In this document: piece by piece, positions 10,812 to 22,970 of the stretch
Position numbering within the stretch: the stretch's first letter is position 1
Layout of the letters: each line of letters starts with the position of its first letter
DNA from: Chiloscyllium plagiosum
Taxonomy: Eukaryota
Assembly: GCF_004010195.1 (NCBI RefSeq)
Contig: NC_057738.1
Span: 8,202,056 to 8,266,055, forward strand
Reading direction: 5' to 3'
Length of the DNA stretch: 64,000 nt
Notes under the pieces: generated by a model
Seen by the model: only the letters and a program-made list of their open reading frames with translations
What the model was told of the DNA's origin: nothing
The model's database searches: none
Position numbers and translations under genes: made by a program

Positions 10812-13800
10812 ACCCTGTGGAGAATCTTCAACTGTAAAGCATGGGTCCTATTGCAAATTGATATCTTCCCATGCCTCTGAGGAGACCTCAACGCCTAGCT
10901 CTCTCTCCCACACACTGCAGAGTTGATCGAACTCATCTGAGGGGGAAACCCCCAATTGATGATATAAAGTGCTAACAGAAAGTATACTCTTAGCAGTGAG
11001 CACCCCCCTCTCCATGTAGGATTTGTAGGGATCAGTCAAAAGTGTAGTCTTTTTTTGAATAAAATCCCTAACTTGAAAAAACGAAAGAGGTCTCTGTTAG
11101 ATAGCTTGCATTTCCATGCTAACTGATCAAAGGCATCATTGTGTCTCCCTCAAATAAATCACCCATGCAAAACACACCCCTAGCGGAAATAGGGTCCCCA
11201 CAAGCCCAATCACTCACCTAAGATAAAAGCGAGCTTAGTTGATAGTTTTTAATGTCTGGGAGATCCACTGCACCCAATCTGTGAGGCAATTGCAGTTTAG
11301 CTAACTTCATAAGGGATCGCTTACGATGCCAAATAAAAGAGCTCAACCAGCTGTTCAGTCTCCTGAACCTTTGCTTATTGAAAATCAGGGGGAGCATCTG
11401 TATTGGGTATAATAGACGGGGGAGAATATTCATCTTAATAAGCACTATCTGACCTAACCATGAGACTGGAAGTGCCTCCCATCTTTGAATGTCTTGTTTG
11501 ATTTTGTCGAGTAATTGAACAAAATTAGCTTTTTAACAATCGATCAAGAACTGGAGTAATGAATATGCCCAAATATGTAAAACTCCCCTGTGACCACTAA
11601 GATGGAAATTGAAATTCACCCTCAAGACCTAGCACCTTAATAAGACCATCCATAGGCTTAGCCTCTAACTTTGCAAAATTTATCTTGTACCCCGAAAAAG
11701 TGCCAAACGAGCTGATGCATTGTTTCAGACGAGGCACCGAAACTGCTAGATTTGACAAAAAAAATGAGGACATTAGATCCAATAATTGTTTAGTTTGTAC
11801 AGAAAGTATCAGGGGGCCTTTGGGCAACCTGTCTACAGTGGGATCCATAAGACAATTAAAATCTCCCCCTATAATGACATGCCGGGACTCCAGACTGATC
11901 AATTTAAAGAACACATCTACCAGAAATTTGAGGGGATGGGCCGGAGGGCATTAGACATTTAAAACATCATATTCTTCTCCATTTATCAGGGCTTTGACAA
12001 TTACAAACCACCCATGTGTGTCTTTAACACACTCTAGTAACTTAAATGGGAGATTCCTCCTAAATATAGCCACTCCCCTACTTCTGGTAATAAAAGATGA
12101 AAAGTAAACCCAGTCAAAGCCATTCTGCTGTAGTTTCAAATGCTCCCCATCATCCAAGTGTGTCTCCTGTAATAAAGCAATATCTACCTTTTCCTTTCTA
12201 AGACTTGAAAGTATGTTCTTCTTCATAATTGATGAGTGACTCCCCTTGAAATTCCAGGTACACCATTTAATCAAGTCATTAGCCATAACCTTTTGCAGTA
12301 ACATTTAGATTCCAGAGAGGAGGAACCTGAATTACAAATCGCCAAGCCTTAGTGTCACAAGATCCATCAAACATAAAAATTACATAAACTAAACCCACTA
12401 CAGTTAACAAGCCTACAAAGCTATCAAAGATTATATAGAACAAAAACCAAAAAACAAACCAACATACAAAGCGCCAGTGACGCTGAATAGGGGAACTCAC
12501 CCCCTGCCCAAAGGGGGCATCTACACATCCCAGAACGCAACTTTCCATCCTGCTGCCAATACTGCAGCCAGGACATTTAAATACCTGAACCAGGCATAAA
12601 CTGCCTGTAAGTAGGCATCTGGCCATCCCAACTATTTTGCCTCCTCCTAGCTAGAGCCGCACCACAAATGCAAGCAGAAAAGAAAGAAAATACACCATGA
12701 AATGGCAATGTGAACAAAGAAATTTTGAAAAAAAAGGATAAGTACCCTACCCATCCTTTGGTATAACTTAACTTAGAAATTGAAAGTACACATCTCAACT
12801 GCTGCCAAACATAGTTTAGACGAGATTATTACCAATAAACAAATGAAAAAGAAAGCCTCAACCAGAGTTCCTTTTTTTAAATGAAAAACAGAGACATACC
12901 CAAACAACACTACTATTTGTACATACTATATTATTCAGATCAAGTTAATTTGTCCACAAAGTCTCTTGCTTTCTCTGACATGTCAAAGAGATGTACGGAT
13001 CCATCCAAGGTGACCCGAAGCAACGCCAGATACCTCAGAGAGTACTGGATCCCAAGCTCCCTCAGTCTTATCTTGATGCCGTCATAGGATTTTCTTTTCT
13101 GGATCACTGCCGCTGAGAAGTCATGGAAGAACATGATCTTCGAGCCCTTGTAAACTTCAGCCTTTGGACCCTTCCACTGGATTCTGGAAGCTTCCACAAT
13201 TCTCTCCTTATCTTTATGGTGATGTAACTGCACCAAGATAGGACAAGGAAGTTGGTCCAGACCTGACCTCCATGCCGTGACCCGTTGAGCCCTCTCGACC
13301 TTCAAGCCTCACATTCCAGCCTCCAAGTTAAGGAATTTCGGCAACCAGTCCTCAATAAATTCCACCAGCCGCTCGCCTTCCTTACCCTCTGGCAGACCGA
13401 CAATCCAAATACCTTTTCTCCTGCCCCTCGATGTTATCAACCTGGTCAAGCAAATTACAGACCTGCATCTCCAGGGCCTGGATCCTATCCTTGGAAGAAT
13501 TGGTATCAGCTTCCACCACTGCGACTTTGTGTTCTACCACAATCATCCTTTTCTCCAGGTCTCCCAGCTGCTGTTTATGCTTCTGCAGCATGAGAGAGAT
13601 CGGAGCCAGCTTCTCCTCTATCTGCTTGCCCAACATTTCACAAGATTTCGCGAGCTCCTTCACCAGGGCCTGGTAAGAAATCAAGTCCAGGGATCCTGCA
13701 GGCTGGGACGTGGGCCTGGCCTCAGATGTACCTCCTCACTTCTTCAGCATCCCTGGACAGCGAAAACTGAGGTAAGTTGCTCTCTGACCATTCTCTCGAG

Positions 13801-13915
13801 CTCAATGACATTTGCAGGGTCCCAGGATATCGTGGTGGTCTGGGTAGGATGCACTAGGCCTTCGTCCTGCTTGTGATGTGGTGCAGAACTCTGCAACACG
13901 ATCTTCCTAGATCGC

Positions 13916-13925
13916 TGCCATCTTG
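13916..13925 (-). promoter_or_regulatory. YY1-type motif at the L1 5' end
   Basis: The element starts GGGATCCAAGATGGCAGCG; CAAGATGGC is the YY1 core typical of L1 internal promoters. Confidence 0.6.
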
Positions 13926-14408
13926 GATCCCCCATGGCTAATTTTAACATACATATAAACCAAGTTAATTTAATTGGCAAGGGTAGCCTCAAGGGAGAGT
14001 TCATTGAATGCATTAGAGATTTTTATTTGGAGCAATATGTTGGGAAAACAACCAGGGATCAAACTATTCTGGATCTGGTATTATACGATGAGGTGGGTTT
14101 AATTAATGATCTAATAGCAAAACATCTTCTCAAGAAGAGTGACCAAACAATGCTAGAATTTCAAATTCAATTGGAGGGTGATAAACTGGAGTCCCATACT
14201 AGCATTCTGGAGTTAAATAAAGGCAATTATGTAGGTAAAGGACACATCTAGTTCTAGCGGACTGGAAGGGGAGACTAAAAGGTAGGACAGTTCATGAACA
14301 GTGGTAGATGTTTAAGGAGATGTGAGAATGCTCCCAACTAAAGTATATTCCAGAAGGAAAGAAAAGTTGTAAGAGGAGGGAAAATTTCCATAGTAAGCAA
14401 GGAAAATT

Positions 14409-14523
14409 TAAAGGCAAAATCTAAGGCATGCCATAGATATGGTATGATATCTATTATATACTAGACAATATAAAGGCAAAATCTTTATAGATAATGTAAA
14501 GGCAAAATCTAAGGCATACCATA
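14409..14523 (+). repeat. Local triplication within CR1
   Basis: TAAAGGCAAAATCT occurs three times within ~115 bp. Confidence 0.7.
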
Positions 14524-14727
14524 TGACAAAGACAGATGGGAAGCTGGAAGATTGGGAAACTTCTAGACATCAACAAAGGGTTACTAACAAAAAAAAGCCA
14601 AGTTAAATTATGCAAGAAACTAATGTCAAATATTTTAAAAAAGGAAAAGCTTCCATTAGTATATGAGAAGGAAGAGAGTAGCTAAAATGATTATTGGTTC
14701 CTTGAAGCTGACATTAGGGAGTTAATC

Positions 14728-15716
14728 TTTTTATTCACTCATGGTGTGTGGGCATCGCTGCCTGGCTAGCATTTATTGCCATGCATAGATGCCCTTGAGA
14801 AGTAATGGTGAGTTGCCTTTTTGAATCGCTGCAGTCCACATGCTATAGGTTGACCCACAGTGCCATCTCCATGATTTTGACCCAACAGTGAAGGAACAGC
14901 GATATATTGTCAAACCGAGGTGATGATTAACTTGCAGGGAACTTGCAGAGGGTGGTGTTCCCATGTATCTGCTGTTCTTGTCCTTCTAGATGGAAGTGGT
15001 TGTGTGTTTGGAAGATGCTGTCTATGAACCATTGGAGAATTTCTATAGTGCATCCTGTAGATATTACACATGGTTGCAACTGAGTTTCGGTGGTGGAGGG
15101 AGTGAAAGCGAGTGGATTTGGTACTAATCAAGCAGGTTGATTTTCTCTGAATGGTGTCAAGTTCCTTGAGAGTTATTGGAGCTGCATCCATCTAGGCAAG
15201 TGAGGAGTATTCCATCACACACCTGACTTGTGCCTTGTAAATGGTGAACAAACTTTGGGGAAATCATGAGGTGCATTACTCACCACAGTATTCCTAGCCT
15301 CTAACCTGCTGTTGTAGCCCCTGTAGTGAATCTAGTTGATTTTCTCATTTATGGTAACCCCAAGGATGTTGATCATGGGAGATTCAGTGATGCCAACACC
15401 ATTGAATGTCAAGGGGCAGTGGTTATTGGAGATAATCATTGCCTGGCATTTTTGTGGTGTGAATATTACTTGCCACTTGTCAGCCCAATCCTGGATATTG
15501 TTCAGATCTTGTTGGATTTGAACATGGACTGCTTCAACATCTGAAGAGTCACATTAGTGCTGAATACTGTGCAATCATCGGCAAACATCCAGATTTTTGA
15601 TCTTATGATGGAGGGAAGATCACTGATGAAGATGGTTGGGCCAAGAACACTACCCTGGCAACTCCTGCTGAGATACCCTGGAGTTGAGATAATTGATCTC
15701 CAACAACCACAACCAT
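14728..15716 (-). mobile_element. Second non-LTR family (CR1/Jockey-group, distinct from HER1), 3' part
   Basis: Antisense QGSVLGPTIF, MFADDCT and TLKELDTIQRK..HSLHHR; homologous to 20330-21880. Confidence 0.8.
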
Positions 15717-16451
15717 TATAGTGGAGAACACAGAAATGACAGAGTCACTAAATCAATATTTTGCTTCAGTTTTCACGTTAGAATACACTAGCACCATCCC
15801 AATAGTAATAAGTAATGCAGAAGGTATAGAAAGGGAGGAACTTATAACAATTATCTTCACTAGAGTAAAAGTATGAAGCAAATTATTGGAATTGAAGGCA
15901 GACAAGTCCCCTGGGCCTGATGGCTAAAGCAAGTGGCAGCAGAGATTTTGGATCCACTGGTTTTAATATTCCAAATTCCCTGGATGCAGGAAAGGTGCTA
16001 GTGGATTGAAACAATGCTCATCGAACATCTTTATTCAAAACAAGAGGGAGAAAGAAGTTAGGAAACTACAGACCAGTTAGGCTAACATGTGTCATTGGGA
16101 AACTGTTAGAATCCATTAGGAAGTAATAACAGAATATTTGGATGGTCAAAATTCAATCCATCAGAGTCAACATGGTTTTATGAAAAGTATATCATGTTTG
16201 ACTAAATTGGCAGTTAATGAAGTGTCACACAAAAGGTTAATACATAGGCAAGATCACATGGGGTTAGAGGTAATTTAATAGCTTGGATAAAGGATTGGCT
16301 AACCAACAGAAAACAGAGTCACGATAAATGGGTCTTATTCTGGTTGACAAGGTATAAATAGTGGAGTGCCACAGGGCTTGTTCCTCAGGGCCCAAAGTAC
16401 TTACAGTAAATGTATATTAGTGACTTGGATAAGGGGATAGAAACTATAGCC

Positions 16452-17297
16452 ACAAAAACAGATATAGCGGAGAAACTCAGCAGATTTGGCAGCATCTGTG
16501 GAGAGAAAACAGAGTTAACCATTTGAGCCTAGTGATCTTCTACAGAACTTAACAGCAGCTAGGAAAATGTGATACTTATGCAGAAACGTGTTGGTGGCAA
16601 GTAAAGTCCAGGAGAACCAATTAGTGTTGTTGGAAGGGAGAGAAGGGGTGATGGCAGGAGGTGTGGGAGAAAATGAATGAGTAGATAGGTGAAGACAGAG
16701 TTTAAAGAGACAGCAAGACAGCTAGGCAGACAAAGGGATAGCTTATAGCATGCCAAGGAAGGAGAATAGCTGATAATGGGAACAATGAGTAGGTGAAAAT
16801 GGTTGGCTGTGCTGATAGCAGCCCAAGTAATGATAGGGCCTGGATTGTGGGGGTGAGTAGAAGACATCGAAGGAGGTGTAACGGGCCGTAACATTATTGA
16901 ACTTGATGTTACTGCTGAAGGCTGCAGGTTCCCAAGCGGAAAATAAGATGCAGTTGTTCCAGTCTGCACTGAGCACTGCTGGTGCACTGTAGCAGGACCA
17001 AGACAGAAACGTTGACCAGGGAGTATGATGGTTTGTTTAAGTGGCAGAAAACTGGAAGCTTGGGGTCATTTTTACAGACAGAACCCAGTCTGCCTTTCAT
17101 CTTCCAATATAGAAGAGAGCACATTGTAAGCAAAGGGGCATGGATATCTATGAGTTGTTGCAATACATGTTGCCTGAAAGGAAAATAAAAGTTTCTTGTC
17201 AGCCATTTCTTGCATTTCTGCCATCACCCCTTCTCTCCCTTCCAACAACGCTAATTGGTTCCCCTGGACTTTACTTGCCACCAACACGCTTCTGCAT
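16452..17297 (-). mobile_element. Penelope-like element: GIY-YIG C-terminus, pLTR and inverted segment
   Basis: Minus frame HLNKPSYSL..VSVLVLLQC..QCRLEQLHLIFRLG; ~80-bp inverted repeat 16578-16658 / 17217-17297. Confidence 0.8.
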
Positions 17298-17677
17298 TCA
17301 AAGGATCATCAGCAACCATAAAGCCATAGAGTTATAGAGGTCTACAGCACAGTAAAAGACTCATTGGCCCATAAAATCTGCACTGCTTAAAAACAACCAT
17401 CTGTCTTGTCTGATCCCATTTTCTAGTGTTCTAATCCCATTTTCCTGCTGTTGTTTTCTAAATTTTAAATGGCTTGTTTTCTTTCCAAGTTGACTGGTTT
17501 TGTTCAGTATAAGATTTATGGATGAATGGTAGACAGATGTTTAGTTACTAAAATGCAAATGCTATATACAATTTGAATATTGGAAAATATGGAACAAAAG
17601 CACATCGCGGAAGGTCTGATAGTTACAGAAAATGGTTATGTATCTGTTTATCTACATGAAAAACATTTCAAGAGATG

Positions 17678-18431
17678 CAAATCAGAGCAGGACTTATACA
17701 CTTAATGTGGAGTGTTACTGAACAAAGAGACCTTGGAGTGTAGGTTCATAGTTCCTCGAAAGTGGAGTCACAGGTAGATAGGATAGTGAAGAAGGCATTT
17801 GATATATTTTCCTTTATTGGTCAGAGCACTGAGTATAGAAGTTGGGAGGTCGTGTTGCGGCTGTACAGGACATTGGTTAGGCCACTTTTGGAATATTGCG
17901 TGCATTTCTGGTGTCCCTCCTATCGGAAAGATGTTGTGAAACTTGAAATGGTTCAGAAAAGATTCAAAAGGATGTTGCCAGGATTGGAGGATTTGAGCTG
18001 TAGGGAGAGGCTAAATAGGCTGGGGCTGTTTTCCCTGGAGCGTCAGAGGTTGAGGGATGACCTTATAGAGATTTATAAAATCATGAGGGGCATGGATAGG
18101 GTAAATAGGGTCTTTTCCCTGGGGTGAGTGTATCCAGAAGTCGAGGGTATAGGTTTTGGGTGAGAGGGGAAAATTTTAAAAGGGATCTAAGGGGCAACTT
18201 TTTCATGCAGAGTGTGGTGCATGTATGGAATGAGCTGCCAGAGGAAGTGGTGGAGGCTGATACAATTACAACATTTAAAAGGCATCTAGATGGGTATATG
18301 AATAGAAAAGGTTTAGAGGGACATGTGTCAGTTGTTGGCAAATAGGACTAGATTAGGTTGGGATATCTGGCCAGCATAGATGAGTTGGACTGAAGGGTCT
18401 GTTTCCGTGCTGTACATCTCTATGACTACTA
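17678..18431 (+). mobile_element. HER1/CR1 3' end
   Basis: LYRTLVRPLLEYCVHFW..RLNRLGLFSLERQRLRDDLIEIYKIM followed by a CTCTATGACT tail. Confidence 0.93.
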
Positions 18432-19470
18432 CATAGGAAGATAACTTATATTGCAAGTGTCAATGATGCAAAAGTGTTAAGGGACTTGAGTAGACATCAC
18501 ATATTAACTTCATGGCCAGCATTGTGGAGTTTAGAAAGTTGTCATAGAGTCATAGAGATGTACAGCACGATGAAACCAATAGCCATGCAATGTTGCTTTG
18601 TTCCTCTCATGCACCTTATGTTTATTCCTCAGCGTAAAGCGAAACAGCACAAATCTGACCAAATCTGGAGACTCGAATGCTGGCTACAGGAATGTTGGAG
18701 CAGATGTAGGTGATTATATGTAATTAGATGGAATGCCCTATAAGTGTAACCATGTATAATTAGGAACAGTGTATAAATATATGCATGTAATAATATAACT
18801 ATATATTAAAATATAACCAATTGTATGTAATTATGTCAAAATATAATTTTATGTACTTCTGATTTCTTTCTCTGTTGCTCTTGTTCGGGTCACATTTGTT
18901 TATTTATTTTTGGTCTTTTTTGGTGACGTTCATATCTTTGCTCTTCTGCTGCTGAACTTTATGCTCAGTGGGTTTGAAAGAGGAGAGGTTTGTAAAATTA
19001 GACCTCCTTGCTTACCTATGCACCCATTTGGATGAAATTTTATGTTGGTGGGGAGATGCAGGATAGACACCTGGCTCCTATCCATCCTTGGGCCTATTGA
19101 GGTCATTAGTGACCAATAATAGCTAAATCTTGGCAACTAAGGTAAGCCTATCTCACTGGAAACCTTAGCTAAGCAGGCTGACATCTGACAATGGGGAGGC
19201 ATCCTATGAGATTTGTTTAAGGTCACCTTCCCCCTTAACTCACCCTCTCAGGCTCTCTCACGAAGATTCTTAACTTACCCAGGCTCTTCAGCAGCACGAA
19301 GCTGCCTCTAATCCCACCAGTAATCCTGAGCTGCCCCCTGACCTTTTAGCCAGGGCTGCAGCACCCCGTACAATCTAGCCTGACATTTTTTTTTCCTTGT
19401 AGACTGTTGGTTTTATTTGGAATGTTTGTTGAGTTGTTGGATTTTGATTTCTGTAGCAGTTTTCTTTTGA

Positions 19471-19794
19471 AGAATCCCTATAGTATGGAAACAGGCCATT
19501 CAGCCCATTGAGTCCACACTGACCCTCCGAAGAGCATCCCAAACAGACCCACCCTCTACCCTATCCCTGTAACCCTGCATTTTTCCATGGCTAATCCACC
19601 GAACCAGCATATTCCCAGACACTATTGGCAATCCATCTAACCTGCATATTTTTGGAAGGAAATCAGAGCACGTTGAGAAAACGCATGCAGCCACGGGGAG
19701 AAAGTACAAACTCTACACAGACAATTGCCCAAGAATGGAATCGAACACGGATCCCTGGCGCTGTGATGCTCACCACTGAGTCAGCGTGCCACCC
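19471..19794 (-). mobile_element. HE1-type SINE
   Basis: Antisense tRNA-like head (GGGTGGCACG..B box GTTCGATTCC), central domain, and HER1-like tail GCCTGTTTCC. Confidence 0.88.
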
Positions 19795-20329
19795 TTATTC
19801 ATTATGTTTGTGAAAGGAAATGCTAGGGGAGTACAAATCTGAATGTAAATGGTCTTAGAAGTATGAATGAAGAAAAAGAAAAAAGGGCTCCACTGAATGA
19901 AAATAGTTTGTAATATTATACAGTGGAATTGAAAACTCCAAAAGCAAGAGGGATGGAGTGGTCAGTGATGGGAAAGCATTCAGCGTGGGTTGTAAAGTAT
20001 AATCCATTGCAATAATTCCTTTTTAATTTATTCTTGGCTTACTACAACTCCTGAAACACATTCAAAATTATTGAGTATTCCAGATACTGAAAGTGAGCTA
20101 TACGAAAAGGAAGAAATAAAGTAACAGTAAAACCAAAAAATCATATTATTTTTAAAAGTCTTGTCCTGCAAAATAAATGAGAGCAAAATTGTCTGAGTAA
20201 AAGCTTTGACTGAAAAATCGCACAAAGAAAATTGCATCTCTGGCTTGTCAATGGAAAATTAATTCCAGTAACTGATTATCTAGAGAGATTCTCATGGATC
20301 AGCTCCTTTGCATGTATTCAATCTCCATA

Positions 20330-21880
20330 CTCAGTGGATCAACCTTTGCAATTTTTGCCACTTGCAGCATGAAGCCACCACTAACTTATCCAGCCCTGTA
20401 CCTCCCTATCATTATCACAGATTCCCTCAGTGACAGCACCCTGATCAAATATCTCCAATACAAGTACAACACCAGCATCCACCCAATAATGTGGAAAATT
20501 GCTCAGGTATGTCCTGTCCATAAAAAAAAGTAGGACAACGAAATATTTCCCAATCAGTCTGCTCTTGATTATGAGTAAAGCGATGGACAAGTAGTACTTT
20601 TTAACCAATATCCTGCACACAGTTTGAGCTCCGCCAGGGCCACTCAGCCCCTGACCTTATCTCAGCCTTGGTTCAAACATGAACAAAAGAACTGAATTTC
20701 AGAGGGAAAGTGGGAGTGACTACCTTGAGCATCGTGGTGCATTTGATTGAGTCTGGCATCGAGGTGTCCCACCAAAGCAGGAGTCAATAGAAATCAGGAG
20801 GAAACCTCTTTGCTGGTTAGAATCATTAGAAAAGCTAAAGGAAGATGATTGTGGTTGATGGATGTCAGTCATCCCAGCTCTTGGACATTTCTGCAGGAAT
20901 TTCTCAGGGTAAAGAGCTAGGCCCAACCATCTTCAGCAGCTTCATCAATGACCTTCCCTCCATCATAAGGTCAGAAGTGGGGGTGTTTGCTGATGATTGC
21001 ACAATTTCAGCACCTTTCATGATCTTCAGATATAAATGTAGGCCATGCCCAAATGCAGTAAGGCCTGGACAATATCCAGGTTTGAGCTGACAAGTGGCAA
21101 ATAACATTTGCGCCACACAAGTGCTGAGCAGTAACCATCTCCAACAAGAGAGAATCTAGTCATTGCTCTTGACATTCAAAGACATTACCATCACTGAACT
21201 CCCCGACTATCAACATCCTGATGTTGCCATTGGCAGGAGCTGAACTGGACCAACCAGGTAAATGCTATGGATACAAGAATAGCTCATAGGCTAGGAATAC
21301 AGCAGCAAGTAATTCACCGTCTGACTCCACAAAACCTCTCCGCCATCTACAAGGGACATGTCAGCTGTGTGATGGAATAATCCTTACTTGCCTGGATGAC
21401 TGCAGCTGCAACAATACTCAAGAAACTTGACACCATTTAGGACAAAGAAGCCTACTTGACTGGCACCACATCCACAAGCATTCCCTCCTTGTACCACCAA
21501 TACACAGAAATAGCAGTATGTATCATCTACAAGATGCATTGTAGAAATTCACCAAATCTCCTCAAGTAGCGCCTTCCAATGCATGATCACTACCATGTAG
21601 AAGGACAAGTGCGGCATATACTTGGGAACATCACCACCTGCAAGTTCCCCTCACCATTCTGATTTGGAAATATATCAACATCCTGTGAGTGTTGCTGGAT
21701 CGAAACCCTGAAACTCCCTCCCGAACAGTAATTTGTTTCGATCCTTGATAAATGGACTACAACAGTCCAAAAAGGTAGTTCATCATCACCCTCTCCAGGG
21801 CAATTAAGAATGGCCAAAAATGCCAATAATGCTTGCCTCCATTGCTGGCCACAGTGAAGTTCATATCCTATGAAAGCATA
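20330..21880 (+). mobile_element. Second non-LTR family, RT to 3' UTR
   Basis: MWKIAQVCPVHKK and ISAGISQGKELGPTIFSSFINDLPSIIRSEVGVFADDCT. Confidence 0.85.
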
Positions 21881-21884
21881 AAAG

Positions 21885-21970
21885 CCCCCATCAATTTAAT
21901 GTTATATTTCTTGCAGTTAATAGGTCAGTAAACCCCCATCAATTTAATGCTGTATTCCTTGCAGTCAGTA
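21885..21970 (+). repeat. ~48-bp tandem duplication
   Basis: CCCCCATCAATTTAATG(T/C)T(A/G)TATT(T/C)CTTGCAGT occurs twice. Confidence 0.8.
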
Positions 21971-22399
21971 TAACTTTAAGAGGCATGCTTACCACATGAT
22001 CCCTATATCATAGCATGTGACCATAGGGTATAAAGTTCTCAAATTCCAACTTACCTTGGACCTCTTTAAGAATGGCACATTACAGGAAGCATACTACTCT
22101 TTGTCATTGAACAGATTAATATTAGTGCACACACTTATGTATCTGTGAATATAATTTCTGTATATAATTGTTAGTTATAAAAAAATGTCTGTTGAATTTC
22201 TCAATATTGCAATGTCCACACATTGTGTTTCTAATGTGGGATAACATAACCATTGCCACATTAGGTAAAATTCTCTACTGGAGGCTAAATCATATAACCA
22301 AGATTACCTTTTTTTAATGTCGGATTCTGGGTCTGTTACTGACAATCTTCTTGACATTGGGGGAGATTGGATGATGGATTTGGGAAAAAAACCTCAGTT

Positions 22400-22970
22400 C
22401 AGTTCATAACCAAGGCTCTGAGCATTCAGTTCCCTATAATTTTAAGTCCCATGTGCTCTCACACTGGCCTCTCTCACCTTCATCTTCTGCAATGAAACTT
22501 ACTGTCGACTTGAGGTACGCACATCGTCTTCCAATTAGGCACATTATAGACTTCCAGATTCAATATTGGGAGGATCAATTTAAGTTTGTGGTCTCTGCTT
22601 GAATTTGTTTCTATTTTCTTTGCACGATTTGGTTTTATTCTTATTTTACTTTGGTTTTTGATTTCAGATGACAGCTGTTGATCATTCTGCAATTACAACT
22701 TTCTTAGAGACATCTCTTCACTCTTTACTTCCCATTACAAATCCTATCACTCTGCCCGACAATCATTTTTGTTATTTAATCTCTCGTGTCTTCCATTGTA
22801 TTACTTCTCTAGTGGCTTTTCCAATTCCCCCATTTCATTTGCTCAAGACCAATTACATTTTTAATTGCTCCCATTTCTGATGAAAGGTCATTGACCTGAA
22901 ATATTAATACTGTTTCTCTCTCCACAAATGGTGTCTTACCCTCCTGGATATTTCTTGCATTTTCTGTTAA
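22400..22970 (+). mobile_element. Older Penelope-like 3' remnant with a hammerhead-like motif
   Basis: HIVFQLGTL*TSRFNI resembles the GIY-YIG C-terminus; CTGATGA-A-AGGTC-ATT-GACCT-GAAA at 22877-22901. Confidence 0.7.

Larger units (their letters stand above)
9831..13931 (-). mobile_element. L1-clade LINE with 5' end, ORF1 and internally deleted ORF2
   Basis: ORF1 (ERAQRV..PILVQLHHHKDKERIV..IMFFHDFSAAV), EN (TWNFKG..ALLQETHL..IIGGDFNC), RT tail (SGYKINF, IKMNILPRLLY) and C-terminal CPKC..THCLWSC. 10-bp TSD CCATGGCTAA at 9821-9830 and 13932-13941. Confidence 0.95.
13932..16450 (+). mobile_element. Degenerate CR1 ORF2, right part (EN end to RT)
   Basis: LEQYVGKTTRDQTILDLVL..KSDQTMLEF, DKSPGPDG, GNYRPVRLT, SQHGFMK, SGVPQG; interrupted at ~14728-15716. 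Confidence 0.9.

Noticed and set aside
22050-22160. Minus-strand exon ending at a strong AAG|gtaagt donor
   Set aside because: All frames from the plausible upstream acceptors contain stops; the only open option lacks a pyrimidine tract.
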